32,000 bases of DNA, taken from Microcystis aeruginosa NIES-843. GTDB lineage: Bacteria > Cyanobacteriota > Cyanobacteriia > Cyanobacteriales > Microcystaceae. Positions 16,851-25,616 of this stretch are shown piece by piece. The translations under genes were made by a program, and so were the position numbers. The notes beneath the pieces were generated by a model. The model did no database searches. It was given only the letters and a program-made list of their open reading frames with translations, and was not told where the DNA came from. Location of the stretch: the NCBI RefSeq assembly GCF_000010625.1, contig NC_010296.1:2370001-2402000 (forward strand), given 5' to 3'. How positions within the stretch are numbered: position 1 is the stretch's first letter; each line of letters starts with the position of its first letter.

Positions 16851-17021
16851 ATGAGCGGCTTGATTATAAAAATAATCTTGATATCGGCTTTGATTTCCCT
16901 GGGAATTAAATATCTTGCCCCTTTATTATCGATCGCTCCCAGTCCTCTTAACACTTTAATTCTGGTTTTTACTCCTTTTCTGCTCACGGTTTTTGCCCTC
17001 TGGAGACGGACAATAACTGAT
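16851..17021 (+). CDS. possible 56-aa small membrane protein (below ORF-track cutoff)
   Basis: Hand translation gives MSGLIIKIILISALISLGIKYLAPLLSIAPSPLNTLILVFTPFPAHGFCPLETDNN. The hydrophobic stretches look more protein-like than the antisense 76-aa tracked ORF. It lies directly upstream of the transporter gene. No clear RBS. Confidence 0.3.
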
Positions 17022-17045
17022 TAGGAATTTTTCTCCTTACTCATC

Positions 17046-18095
17046 ATGACTTTTGGCAGCAGCCTCGGTTTAGTTCTGTTAGTCTTTTGTCTGTTGATTC
17101 TCTGGCAGATTCGACAGATTCTCTTATTATTATTGATGGCGATTCTTCTGGCTCAGATTTTAAATTTGGCTGTGACTTGGTGGCAGCGTCATCACCTCAA
17201 GCGTTCCTACGCCCTAATTATCACTCTTTTTGGCTTCTTTATTGGTATTATCGGTATTTTTGTGGGGATTATACCCGCTTTAGTCCAACAATTTCGCCAA
17301 TTATTTAGTTTATTACCCCAAGCTATAGAAAGACTCTGGGGACAAGTCCATAGTCTTGAGGATTATCTCGATCCTAGTCTGGCCAGTGTCTTACCGGACT
17401 TTAAAACACTGCTCGCTCAATTACAACCCCTGATTAACCAAATTGCTGGGCGGGGTTTAAGCATTTTTTACGGTACTTTCGGCATTATCCTCAGCTTACT
17501 GCTAATTGTTGCCCTGGGCTTGATGATTCTCGCCGATCCTGCCGCTTACTACCGTTGTTTTCTGCGTTTATTTCCTGCTTTCTACCGTTCTAGGGTACGA
17601 TCGATCCTAGAACAGTGCGATCGAGATTTAAAAGCTTGGCTGAAAGGGATTTTCTGTCATATGTTGATTATGACCTTGGGCAGTTGCCTGGGTCTATCCC
17701 TGATCGGCATTCCCCTCGCTTTTTCCCAATCTATTCTCGCGGGATTTCTCACCTTTATCCCCAACCTCGGGCCAGTTTTAAGCACGATTTTACCCTTTTC
17801 TATCGCCCTTCTGGAAACTCCCTGGCAACCCTGGGCGGTTTTACTACTCTACAGCAGTATTTATCTGTTAATTCAATATTTCGACCGTCATTCACCGCTG
17901 CCCATTTTAACAGTGCGGTCGCTCAGGCTCTTACCCGCTTTTACCCTGTTAGCCCAGTTGTTTTTCGCCTCGATTTTTGGCTTTTTAGGGCTATTTCTGG
18001 CGGTTCCCCTGGCGCTTATCGGTCGTATTTGGCTAAAGGAAGCTTTGATCGAGGATATTCTCGATCATTGGCGGATTGGGGATAAAAAATCCTAA
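17046..18095 (+). CDS. AI-2E family transporter (PerM/UPF0118-type permease)
   Basis: 349 aa, polytopic and hydrophobic, with the typical family layout: N-terminal TM pair, central loop, C-terminal TM bundle. Confidence 0.75.
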   Translation: MTFGSSLGLVLLVFCLLILWQIRQILLLLLMAILLAQILNLAVTWWQRHHLKRSYALIITLFGFFIGIIGIFVGIIPALVQQFRQLFSLLPQAIERLWGQVHSLEDYLDPSLASVLPDFKTLLAQLQPLINQIAGRGLSIFYGTFGIILSLLLIVALGLMILADPAAYYRCFLRLFPAFYRSRVRSILEQCDRDLKAWLKGIFCHMLIMTLGSCLGLSLIGIPLAFSQSILAGFLTFIPNLGPVLSTILPFSIALLETPWQPWAVLLLYSSIYLLIQYFDRHSPLPILTVRSLRLLPAFTLLAQLFFASIFGFLGLFLAVPLALIGRIWLKEALIEDILDHWRIGDKKS

Positions 18096-18096
18096 A

Positions 18097-18169
18097 CTGG
18101 GGATCTAGGATTCGAACCTAGGAAATGGCGGGACCAAAACCCGCTGCCTTACCGCTTGGCTAATCCCCA
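18097..18169 (-). tRNA. tRNA-Gln (anticodon UUG)
   Basis: Cloverleaf read by eye. Acceptor UGGGGAU/AUCCCCA (U1-A72). D arm GCC-AAGCGGUAA-GGC. Anticodon stem GCGGG/CCCGC with loop UUUUGGU. T arm CUAGG-UUCGAAU-CCUAG. Discriminator G. CCA is not encoded. Confidence 0.9.
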
Positions 18170-18267
18170 TTGGACAGACCTTTTTAATATTAGCATTTAT
18201 CTCCCCGGTTTTGTCAAGAAGTTTATAAAAATTTTTTACTTAGGGTTTGCGGCAAAAAGTTTTTCGT

Positions 18268-18326
18268 GGGGGCAGGGTGTGGGGTGTGGGGTGTGGGGTG
18301 TGGGGTGTAGGGTGTGGGGTGTGGTG
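18268..18326. repeat. GGGGTGT heptamer array (about 8 units, some degenerate)
   Basis: Read directly: GGGGGCAGGGTGTGGGGTGTGGGGTGTGGGGTGTGGGGTGTAGGGTGTGGGGTGTGGTG. Confidence 0.9.
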
Positions 18327-18416
18327 CGATTCGTTGGCTAGAAACTAGACAGTAAGACGTTTAGAGGATTAGCCGCTTGGTAAATGTAGTACCTTGATAA
18401 CTTTATAACCCTACAG

Positions 18417-19108
18417 GTGCGGGTTAGTAATAACCTTAGTCCTGTCCTCTAGATGCCTAGAGTGACGGCATTTCCTGCTGCTTTAGACTTGGTACATCTG
18501 AGGTAGTGAGCGAGGAAAAAAAAGCGGTATCTGATAGCCTAAATCAGAAACCCGTTGAGCCAGAACCTATGGATAGCCCTGGGGCGAAGATACGAATTAA
18601 CCATCGTCAACACCCACGAGCCAAAAGGCTGACAGGCTCGAAACAAAAGTTAACAGAGTTGGGGCTGATAGCTCATACCACTATCAGTAAGGCATTCCCG
18701 TTACTCTGTTGTGGACAGTATCATCCTAAGGGTTCAACCAATGGTTATAGGGAACGAAGTAACCCTGATTGACTCTGCCCGTTCGGGGCAGTAGGAAACC
18801 ATCCGCAAGTCAATAGAGGGAGAGGATGTCCTTAAAAGCCAAGGCTTTGAGTAATATCAAAGATATGCTGACAAAGGACGGGTAACTAGGAAGTCTAAGC
18901 AACAATCAACGGTCATATACGCCCTAAAACCAACAATCTTGTCTGGTGGGGATACAGCCAAGAGGGTTGAATAGACAAGGAAATAATAATTCCCATTATT
19001 ATTCTACTAATGACAGTAGCCTAGTTACTCAGGAGCCGGATACGGCGAAAGTCGTAAGTCCGGTTTTGAAGCAGGGGGTGGGAAGGCGACTTCCTGCTCT
19101 ACTGTAAC
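18417..19108 (+). ncRNA. ORF-less group II intron (about 692 nt)
   Basis: 5' GUGCG at 18417. Domain V GAGCCGGAUACGGCGAAAGUCGUAAGUCCGGUUU at 19033-19066 has the AGC triad, an AA bulge and a GAAA tetraloop. Domain VI is a ~15-bp helix with a GCGA loop and a bulged A at 19101, 7 nt before the 3' end ...UAAC at 19108. No RT/maturase ORF. Confidence 0.75.
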
Positions 19109-19168
19109 GGGTTTGGGGTGTGGGGTGTGGGGTTTGGGGTGTGGGGTGTGGGGTTTGGGGTGTGGGGT
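19109..19168. repeat. 21-nt superunit array (GGGGTTT GGGGTGT GGGGTGT) about 2.8x, starting exactly at the intron 3' junction
   Basis: Read directly. Confidence 0.9.
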
Positions 19169-19192
19169 AGGGTTGATTCATGAATCAACCCT
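19169..19192. repeat. perfect 24-nt palindrome AGGGTTGATTCATGAATCAACCCT
   Basis: Read directly. It is followed by a partial repeat TGAATCAACCCTAGGGTTTGGGGT (19196-19220). Confidence 0.9.
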
Positions 19193-19236
19193 ACTATGAA
19201 TCAACCCTAGGGTTTGGGGTATAAGGAGAAAAATCT

Positions 19237-19422
19237 ATGGATAATAGCCGACAAAACTGGTACATTGTCCAGGAAAATACGGGAATTTGTCAGATTATAG
19301 CCCTAGAAAACGGAAAAACCCCAGTCAATGGTCAATACTGGGGTCCTTTTGCCGAGCGGGGAGAAGCGATCGCCCGTCGGGTGGGTTTAATTCGAGCGGG
19401 CAAATGTCAACCTATTGTTTAG
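19237..19422 (+). CDS. small conserved-looking hypothetical protein (61 aa)
   Basis: Strong RBS AAGGAGAAAAATCT before the ATG. Sequence is MDNSRQNWYIVQENTGICQIIALENGK... Family not recognised. Confidence 0.5.
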   Translation: MDNSRQNWYIVQENTGICQIIALENGKTPVNGQYWGPFAERGEAIARRVGLIRAGKCQPIV

Positions 19423-20704
19423 CGGTATTGGTGGGCGTTTTCTTGCCTTCAGTGATTTCTTTTTCCAAGATTTCAAAACCCTTCTTGAATTGAGGATCCT
19501 GGAAGGTTCCCACCTGCTCCCGTTCCTGTTGAAGATTTTTGCGATCTTCCTCGCTCAGTTCCGACTCCACATCCGGATGAATACCATCTTTATTGATGTC
19601 CCGTCCGTCGGGGGTAAGATACTTGGCAATTGTCACTGCTAATCCGGAACCGTCACTAAGACTGCGTACCGATTGCACTAATCCCTTACCAAAGGTTTTC
19701 GTACCGACAATAACCGCCCGATCATGATCCTGTAAAGCTCCGGAGAGAATTTCACTGGCACTAGCGGAACCACCATCGACGAGAACAACTAGAGGTTTAT
19801 TAGTCAAAGCTTGATTGTTGGCCCGTTGACGTTCCGTCACCCCTTTGCGATCGACCGTAGAGACAATTAAACCATCGGGTATCCACATCCGAGCGATTTC
19901 GATGCTGGCGTAGAGTAAACCGCCGGGGTTAGAACGCAGATCGAGAATATAACCCTTCACCTGTTCAGCTTCCAATTCGCGAATCGCTTGACTCATATCG
20001 CCACTAGCTTGGGCGCTAAATTGATTGAGACGGATATAACCGATTTTACCGATCGGGGTGTTTTCCGTGCGGGCCCGCACTGGGTGAATTTCAATTTTCG
20101 CCCGGGTAAGAGTCAATTCTTTCTTCTCCTCACCCCGTTGAATGGTGATCTTAACACTTGTCCCCACTTTGCCGCGGATCATGCTCACCGCTTGCTCCAG
20201 TTCCATACCTTCGGTAGATTTACCATCGATAGAGATAATCACATCTTTGGGCAGCACACCAGCTTTAGAAGCGGGAGTATCTTCAATGGGTGAAACCACG
20301 ACTAACTGCTTAGTTTTCTCATCTTTGGTCAGTTGAATCCCTACCCCGGTCAATTCTCCCGATGTATCGATCTTCATATTGTTAAACTCTTTGGGATCCA
20401 TAAAACGGGTATAGGGATCATTGAGAGTTTTCAACATCTCGCGGATAGCGGTGTATGCTTCCTCTTGATTTTTGTAGGAACGATTTAAATACTGATTGCG
20501 GATGGCGTTCCAGTCCGATTGATTAAAAGTGCCATCTAAATAAGTGCGGTTGATGATTTGCCAAACCTCATCAACGGTTTCCTTGGGACTTTCCTGAAAA
20601 AAAGCTTGACTTTGGGAGAGACGGAATCCCGCCCCCGTGACGGCGACGGTAGACAGGACCACTGCTGTAGCACCGAGAACAAGTCCGCGTTTGTTGATAA
20701 CCAT
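19412..20704 (-). CDS. carboxyl-terminal processing protease (peptidase S41, Ctp family) with PDZ domain
   Basis: N-terminal TM/signal segment. PDZ (GVGIQL...VVVSPIEDTPASKAGVLPKDVIISIDG). S41 core (LDLRSNPGGLL, VLVDGGSASASEI, TFGKGLVQ). Which Ctp paralogue (A/B/C) this is cannot be decided by eye. Confidence 0.9.
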   Translation of the reverse strand: MVINKRGLVLGATAVVLSTVAVTGAGFRLSQSQAFFQESPKETVDEVWQIINRTYLDGTFNQSDWNAIRNQYLNRSYKNQEEAYTAIREMLKTLNDPYTRFMDPKEFNNMKIDTSGELTGVGIQLTKDEKTKQLVVVSPIEDTPASKAGVLPKDVIISIDGKSTEGMELEQAVSMIRGKVGTSVKITIQRGEEKKELTLTRAKIEIHPVRARTENTPIGKIGYIRLNQFSAQASGDMSQAIRELEAEQVKGYILDLRSNPGGLLYASIEIARMWIPDGLIVSTVDRKGVTERQRANNQALTNKPLVVLVDGGSASASEILSGALQDHDRAVIVGTKTFGKGLVQSVRSLSDGSGLAVTIAKYLTPDGRDINKDGIHPDVESELSEEDRKNLQQEREQVGTFQDPQFKKGFEILEKEITEGKKTPTNTAKQ

Positions 20705-20949
20705 AGGTAATTTTCGGATAAATTAGGCTGTTCTTGCCAGAACGCTCTTTCTGGCTGACCGTCGAAATATCTTGGCAAAAAGGAGCGTTTAGGTTTCCTG
20801 GAGACAGACAAAAGAACGCCTGTAGACTACTACTGTTATAACATTTATTATCTCTTTCTTTGTCAAACTGGTTATTTGAGTAGCGATCGAGTTGCCAGCA
20901 GCCCACCTTGCGACCTAAGATAACAGCAAAACTGCCCGAGATTTTCCCT

Positions 20950-21771
20950 ATGAGTGATCAAATCCTTTCTTCCCTCTCCCTGGAACAAAAACGACAAAAC
21001 CTGCGCCACCAAAGGCGATCGAAGGTGTGGCAAGCCTTGGGTCGCTTTCTGGTGGTTAGTGGTTTAGCGACGGGATTAGCTTGGGGGATGACTTCGCCCT
21101 ATTGGACAATTACCAAGGCCGGACAGGTGGAAATCGCAGGCACGGAATTAATGTCGTCCGAGTCGATTCGTGCTTGGCTAAAATTAAGCTATCCTCTGTC
21201 TCTCTGGGAATTACCTACCCATCAATTGCGAGAAAAATTAGCAGCTATTCCCGCTATTGCCGACGTTAAGATCGAGCGGCAATTATTACCCCCGAAAGTG
21301 ATTGTTTCTATTCAAGAAAGAAAACCTGTTGCCCGTTGGCGTTCTCATCAACAGCAAGGTTTTTTAGATGCCACCGGAACGATAATTCCTCAAAACTATT
21401 ATGGTCGAACTCTGCCCAAAACCCAATTACCTAGCCTAGAAGTGCTTGGTTACGACCGACAATATCAACAACAGTGGCAAAAAATTTATCCCTTAGTTGA
21501 TAACTTATCGATTAAAGTTACCGCCATCGATTGGCGCAATCCTAGTAATCTTGTACTAAAAACTGAACTGGGACAGGTCTATTTAGGTTTTTATAAAGAT
21601 AGATTGCCCGAAAAATTAACCGCTCTCGTACAATCGCGGCAATTGTCATCCAAGATACCTCTAGCGCGAATTCTCTACATTGACCTGAGCAATCCCGATG
21701 CTCCCACTGTACAATTAAAACCGCAGCCAGCCCCTATCGTTGCCAAAGTAACGGCAACTGGTAGGGATTAA
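20950..21771 (+). CDS. ftsQ: cell division protein FtsQ/DivIB (POTRA domain)
   Basis: Single TM (FLVVSGLATGLAWGM) followed by a POTRA-like segment (VEIAGTELMSSESIRAWL...VIVSIQERKPVARW). Sits immediately upstream of ftsZ. Start is taken at ATG 20950. Confidence 0.8.
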   Translation: MSDQILSSLSLEQKRQNLRHQRRSKVWQALGRFLVVSGLATGLAWGMTSPYWTITKAGQVEIAGTELMSSESIRAWLKLSYPLSLWELPTHQLREKLAAIPAIADVKIERQLLPPKVIVSIQERKPVARWRSHQQQGFLDATGTIIPQNYYGRTLPKTQLPSLEVLGYDRQYQQQWQKIYPLVDNLSIKVTAIDWRNPSNLVLKTELGQVYLGFYKDRLPEKLTALVQSRQLSSKIPLARILYIDLSNPDAPTVQLKPQPAPIVAKVTATGRD

Positions 21772-21963
21772 CTGGAATTGATCAGCAAATAACCGCAATT
21801 ATTCCCTTTATGTATTGCCAAAAACCCCAAATTATGATTTTCTGAACCAGAAACTGATAATGTAGATACTGGAACCGACATAATATTAGTGATAGTGTTA
21901 ACATTGCATCTCTAATTCATCAAATCAATAACAGAATCTTGTACTAAGAGTGTTCCAATTCCA

Positions 21964-23211
21964 ATGACATCGATTAATGAAATCGTTCCTACCTATCCCA
22001 ATCTGAACAGTAACGATTATACCAGTTCAGCTATGAGCGAAGATAATCATTACTCTCAGAATAATGCTGGAGTATTATTTACTCGTCCCCATGAATCACA
22101 GATGACACCCCGAGAAGAAAGTCGTAGTAATCGCATCGTGCCGAGCAATGTCGCCAAGATCAAGGTGATCGGGGTCGGCGGTGGGGGCTGTAACGCCGTT
22201 AACCGCATGATCGCCAGCGGCGTGACCGGAATCGAATTTTGGGCAATTAACACCGATGCCCAGGCCCTGGCCCACTCCTCCGCCCCCCAGAGGTTACAAA
22301 TCGGGACAAAATTAACCCGCGGCCTAGGGGCGGGCGGCAATCCGGCGATCGGACAGAAAGCGGCGGAAGAGTCCAGGGATGAAATCGCCCAAGCATTGGA
22401 AGGAACCGATCTAGTCTTTATTACCGCTGGGATGGGCGGCGGCACGGGAACGGGGGCCGCTCCAATTGTGGCCGAAATTGCCAAAGAAATCGGCTGTTTG
22501 ACCGTGGGAGTTGTGACTCGTCCCTTTACCTTCGAGGGTCGTCGTCGCACTAATCAGGCCGATGAAGGGGTGGGTGGTTTACAAAGTCGGGTCGATACCC
22601 TGATTATTATCCCCAATAACCAGTTATTACAGGTAATACCCGCCGACACTCCCCTACAGGAGGCTTTTCGCGTCGCTGATGATGTGCTGCGACAAGGGGT
22701 ACAGGGGATCTCGGACATTATCACTATCCCCGGTCTGGTGAATGTGGATTTCGCCGATGTGCGGGCAGTGATGGCCGATGCGGGTTCGGCCCTAATGGGC
22801 ATCGGCATCGGTTCCGGAAAATCTCGGGCGAAGGAAGGAGCGATCGCTGCTATTTCCTCGCCGTTACTGGAATCCTCGATCGAAGGTGCGAAAGGCGTAG
22901 TCTTTAACATCACTGGTGGTCAAGATCTAACCCTACACGAAGTCAATGCCGCCGCCGAAATTATCTATGAAGTGGTGGATCCCAACGCTAATATCATCTT
23001 CGGGGCAGTAATTGACGAGAAAATGCAGGGAGAAGTCAGAATTACCGTCATTGCCACCGGTTTTTCCGGCGATTCCCCCTCTCGTCCCACCAGTAGCAAG
23101 GTGGTGATCAATGCCCCCGCACCCAGTCCGGCCCCGACTCCCGAACCACCAAAACCGGCGGGATTAGATATCCCCGAATTTCTGCAACGTCGTCGTCCTT
23201 TTGATCGCTAA
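21964..23211 (+). CDS. ftsZ: cell division GTPase FtsZ
   Basis: [13 protein letters not shown], the tubulin signature [17 protein letters not shown], and C-terminal DIPEFLQRR. Confidence 0.97.
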   Translation: MTSINEIVPTYPNLNSNDYTSSAMSEDNHYSQNNAGVLFTRPHESQMTPREESRSNRIVPSNVAKIKVIGVGGGGCNAVNRMIASGVTGIEFWAINTDAQALAHSSAPQRLQIGTKLTRGLGAGGNPAIGQKAAEESRDEIAQALEGTDLVFITAGMGGGTGTGAAPIVAEIAKEIGCLTVGVVTRPFTFEGRRRTNQADEGVGGLQSRVDTLIIIPNNQLLQVIPADTPLQEAFRVADDVLRQGVQGISDIITIPGLVNVDFADVRAVMADAGSALMGIGIGSGKSRAKEGAIAAISSPLLESSIEGAKGVVFNITGGQDLTLHEVNAAAEIIYEVVDPNANIIFGAVIDEKMQGEVRITVIATGFSGDSPSRPTSSKVVINAPAPSPAPTPEPPKPAGLDIPEFLQRRRPFDR

Positions 23212-23217
23212 CCTCCT

Positions 23218-24018
23218 ATGACTGCCATTGCCCTCACCATCGCCGGTTCCGATAGTGGTGGCGGCGCGGGAATTCAAGCTGATTTGAAAACCTTCGCCTT
23301 CCACCGAGTTCACGGCACCAGCGCCCTTACCTGCGTTACCGCCCAAAATACCCTGGGGGTCGAGCGCGTCGAGTCCTTAAGTCCAGAAATGGTAACGGCC
23401 CAAATCGATGCCGTGGTCAGGGATTTCGGTGTGCAAGCGGTCAAGACGGGAATGCTGTTTAGCAGCGAGATTATCGAAGCAGTGGCCGAGGCGATCGAGC
23501 GCTGGCGTTTAATCAGTTTAGTGGTGGATCCGGTCATGGTTTCGCGGGTAGGAGCCAAATTAATTGATGATCGGGCTATAGATAGTCTTTTTGATAGTTT
23601 AATTCCCCTAGCTTCGATTGTTACCCCTAATCGTTACGAAGCACAGCTTTTAAGTGGCATTGAGATCAATGATTTTGAGACGATGAAAGCGGCCGCCGAA
23701 ATTATTTTCCAGAAGTCGGCCACACCCGTATTAGTGAAGGGGGGAGGCATGAAAGGCCGGCTGCGCGGGGTTGATATCTGCTTTGATGGGGAGGAATGGG
23801 AAACTTTTAAGACCAGAAGCGTCGAAACCAATAACACTCACGGGACTGGTTGTACTCTATCGGCAGCGATCGCTGCTAACCTCGCTTTGGGGGATGACCT
23901 GAAAATAGCGGTGAAAAAAGCCAAGGATTACGTTACTAACGCCCTTGAGCATTCCCTCGCTATCGGTCAAGGAACCGGTCCTGTGGGCCATTTTTACCGC
24001 TTAAAAGCCCTAAATTAG
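23218..24018 (+). CDS. thiD: hydroxymethylpyrimidine/phosphomethylpyrimidine kinase
   Basis: TIAGSDSGGGAGIQADLKTF, VKTGML, VVDPVM and NTHGTGCTLSAAIAA are canonical ThiD motifs. Confidence 0.9.
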   Translation: MTAIALTIAGSDSGGGAGIQADLKTFAFHRVHGTSALTCVTAQNTLGVERVESLSPEMVTAQIDAVVRDFGVQAVKTGMLFSSEIIEAVAEAIERWRLISLVVDPVMVSRVGAKLIDDRAIDSLFDSLIPLASIVTPNRYEAQLLSGIEINDFETMKAAAEIIFQKSATPVLVKGGGMKGRLRGVDICFDGEEWETFKTRSVETNNTHGTGCTLSAAIAANLALGDDLKIAVKKAKDYVTNALEHSLAIGQGTGPVGHFYRLKALN

Positions 24019-24039
24019 TCAATTCATCGAAAATTTTGG

Positions 24040-25352
24040 GTCTGAAACCCCGTCGTTCTACGACGGCTTTACTGTTAAATATGAGCATCGTTTACGAAAT
24101 ATATGCTAGTGTGAAAGGACATGGAAAAAGCCTATTCGTTTCGATTTTACCCCACACCCGAACAAGAGTCGCTATTGCGGCGCACTTTGGGCTGTGTAAG
24201 ATTGGTTTACAATAAAGCTCTCCATCTCAGAACACAAGCTTGGTACGAAAAGCAAGAAAGAGTAGGCTACGATCAAACTTCTTCAGTGTTGACCGATTGG
24301 AAAAAACAAGAAGAATTAGACTTTTTAAACGAAGTTAGCTGTGTACCTTTACAACAAGGGTTAAGACATTTACAAACAGCTTTTACTAACTTCTTTGCTG
24401 GTCGGACTAAGTATCCTAACTTTAAGAAAAAACATCAAGGAGGAAGTGCCGAATTTACCAAATCAGCCTTTAAATTTAAAGACAAACAAATCTATTTAGC
24501 CAAATGCACAGAACCTTTACCTATTCGATGGTCAAGACAAATACCAGAAGCTTGTGACCCAAGTACAGTAACAGTCAGATTACATCCTTCTGGACGTTGG
24601 CATATCTCAATTAGATTTGATGACCCAACGATTAAGCCATTACCAGTAACAGATAAAGCCATCGGAATTGACTTAGGAATTAGTAGCCTCGTGATTACCA
24701 GCGATGGCGATAAAGTGTCTAATCCCAAGCATTTTAACAAGCATTATCGGAGACTGCGAAAAGCACAAAAAAATCTTTCTAGAAAACAGAAAGGGTCAAA
24801 AAATCGGGAAAAAGCGAGAATCAAAGTAGCCAGGATTCACGCTCGAATCACCGATAACAGAAAAGACCATTTACACAAGCTAACCACTCAATTAGTTCGT
24901 GAAAACCAAACGATTGTGGTTGAGAATTTAGCTGTCAAGAATATGGTCAAAAACCCGAAATTATCTCAGGCAATATCTGATGTTAGCTGGGGAGAAATAA
25001 CCCGACAATTAGCCTATAAATGCCGTTGGTATGGGAGAAACTACATCGAAATAGATAGATGGTTTCCTAGCTCTAAAAGGTGTAGTAATTGCGGGTATAT
25101 TGCCCTTGAAAATGCCGTTAAATGTTCGAGAATGGGACTGTCCAGACTGTGGGACTCACCATGACCGAGATATTAACGCCAGTAAAAATATTTTGGCCGC
25201 AGGGCTTGCGGTGTCAGTCTGTAGAGCGACCATAAGACCAGAACAGAGTAAATCTGTTAAGGCAGGTGCGGAACCCCGCAAGGGAAAGAAGCAGAAACCC
25301 AAATCGTGAGGTTTGGGAATCGCCGTCCGTTTTACGGCGGCGAGGATGTCAA
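24040..25352 (+). mobile_element. IS200/IS605-family element of the tnpB-only (IS1341-like) type; boundaries approximate
   Basis: Subterminal hairpins at both ends: CCGTCG-TTCTA-CGACGG (24050-24066) and CGCCGTCCG-TTTTA-CGGCGGCG (25321-25342), the latter followed by GAGGATGTCAA. No tnpA (Y1) gene is present. Confidence 0.5.
24121..25309 (+). pseudogene. tnpB: TnpB (OrfB) RNA-guided nuclease gene with a 1-nt frameshift in the zinc-finger region (about 25095-25105)
   Basis: N-terminus MEKAYSFRFYPTPEQESLLRRTLGCVRLVYN. RuvC residues in IGIDLGI, VVENL and [11 protein letters not shown]. The CSNCGY...REWDCPDCG zinc finger is split between ORF 24121-25164 and ORF 25100-25309. Confidence 0.85.
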
Positions 25353-25616
25353 AGTTTATCAGTTAAGGCTATTTGAATTGCCGGTCATCACCGTCCGGCC
25401 CCGGCGGCGAGGATGTCAATTGGGTCGATTTCTCCACCAGAAAACCTTTTAGTCTTGAGATAATATTGGGTAGGGGTCTGATGGTCTCCGTATCCAATCG
25501 GTAGGTCGATGGTCAGGTGGGGACGTGAAGACCTTGTTTTGAGTCAGAGGATAGAGAAGAGTGAAGAAATTGAGTATCTTGAGTGAAGAAATGAGTCGGT
25601 TTGATGGGGTAAGTCG

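Noticed and set aside
16757-16987. 76-aa minus-strand ORF between the FHA and transporter genes
   Set aside because: It has no RBS and a Lys/Ile-rich, non-protein-like sequence. The opposite strand encodes a more plausible small hydrophobic protein, itself listed only at low confidence.
17087-18085. Alternative-frame ORFs (73 and 156 aa) inside the AI-2E transporter gene
   Set aside because: They are nested in a well-supported membrane-protein ORF and are Ser/Arg/Pro-rich out-of-frame readings.
18156-18341. 61-aa ORF ending in GVGCGVWGVGCRVWGV
   Set aside because: It is simply the translation of the GGGGTGT heptamer array and overlaps the tRNA-Gln gene. No RBS, and not protein-like.
18506-18772. 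88-aa ORF inside the group II intron, considered as a possible intron-encoded protein
   Set aside because: It is far too short, shows no RT (YxDD) or maturase X motifs, and lies within what should be domain I-III RNA. The intron is treated as ORF-less.
18268-19168. Heptamer arrays considered as a CRISPR array or as eukaryotic telomere contamination
   Set aside because: There is no repeat-spacer architecture, since the units are directly tandem and only 7 nt long. The flanks are contiguous cyanobacterial sequence (tRNA-Gln, Ctp protease, HIP1 sites), so this is not a chimeric telomere.
22056-22913. Two long antisense ORFs (164 and 119 aa) opposite ftsZ, and similar ones opposite thiD (23310-23558, 23634-23837)
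   Set aside because: These are shadow ORFs of strongly supported GC-rich sense genes. Their products are Pro/Ala/Arg-rich and of low complexity.
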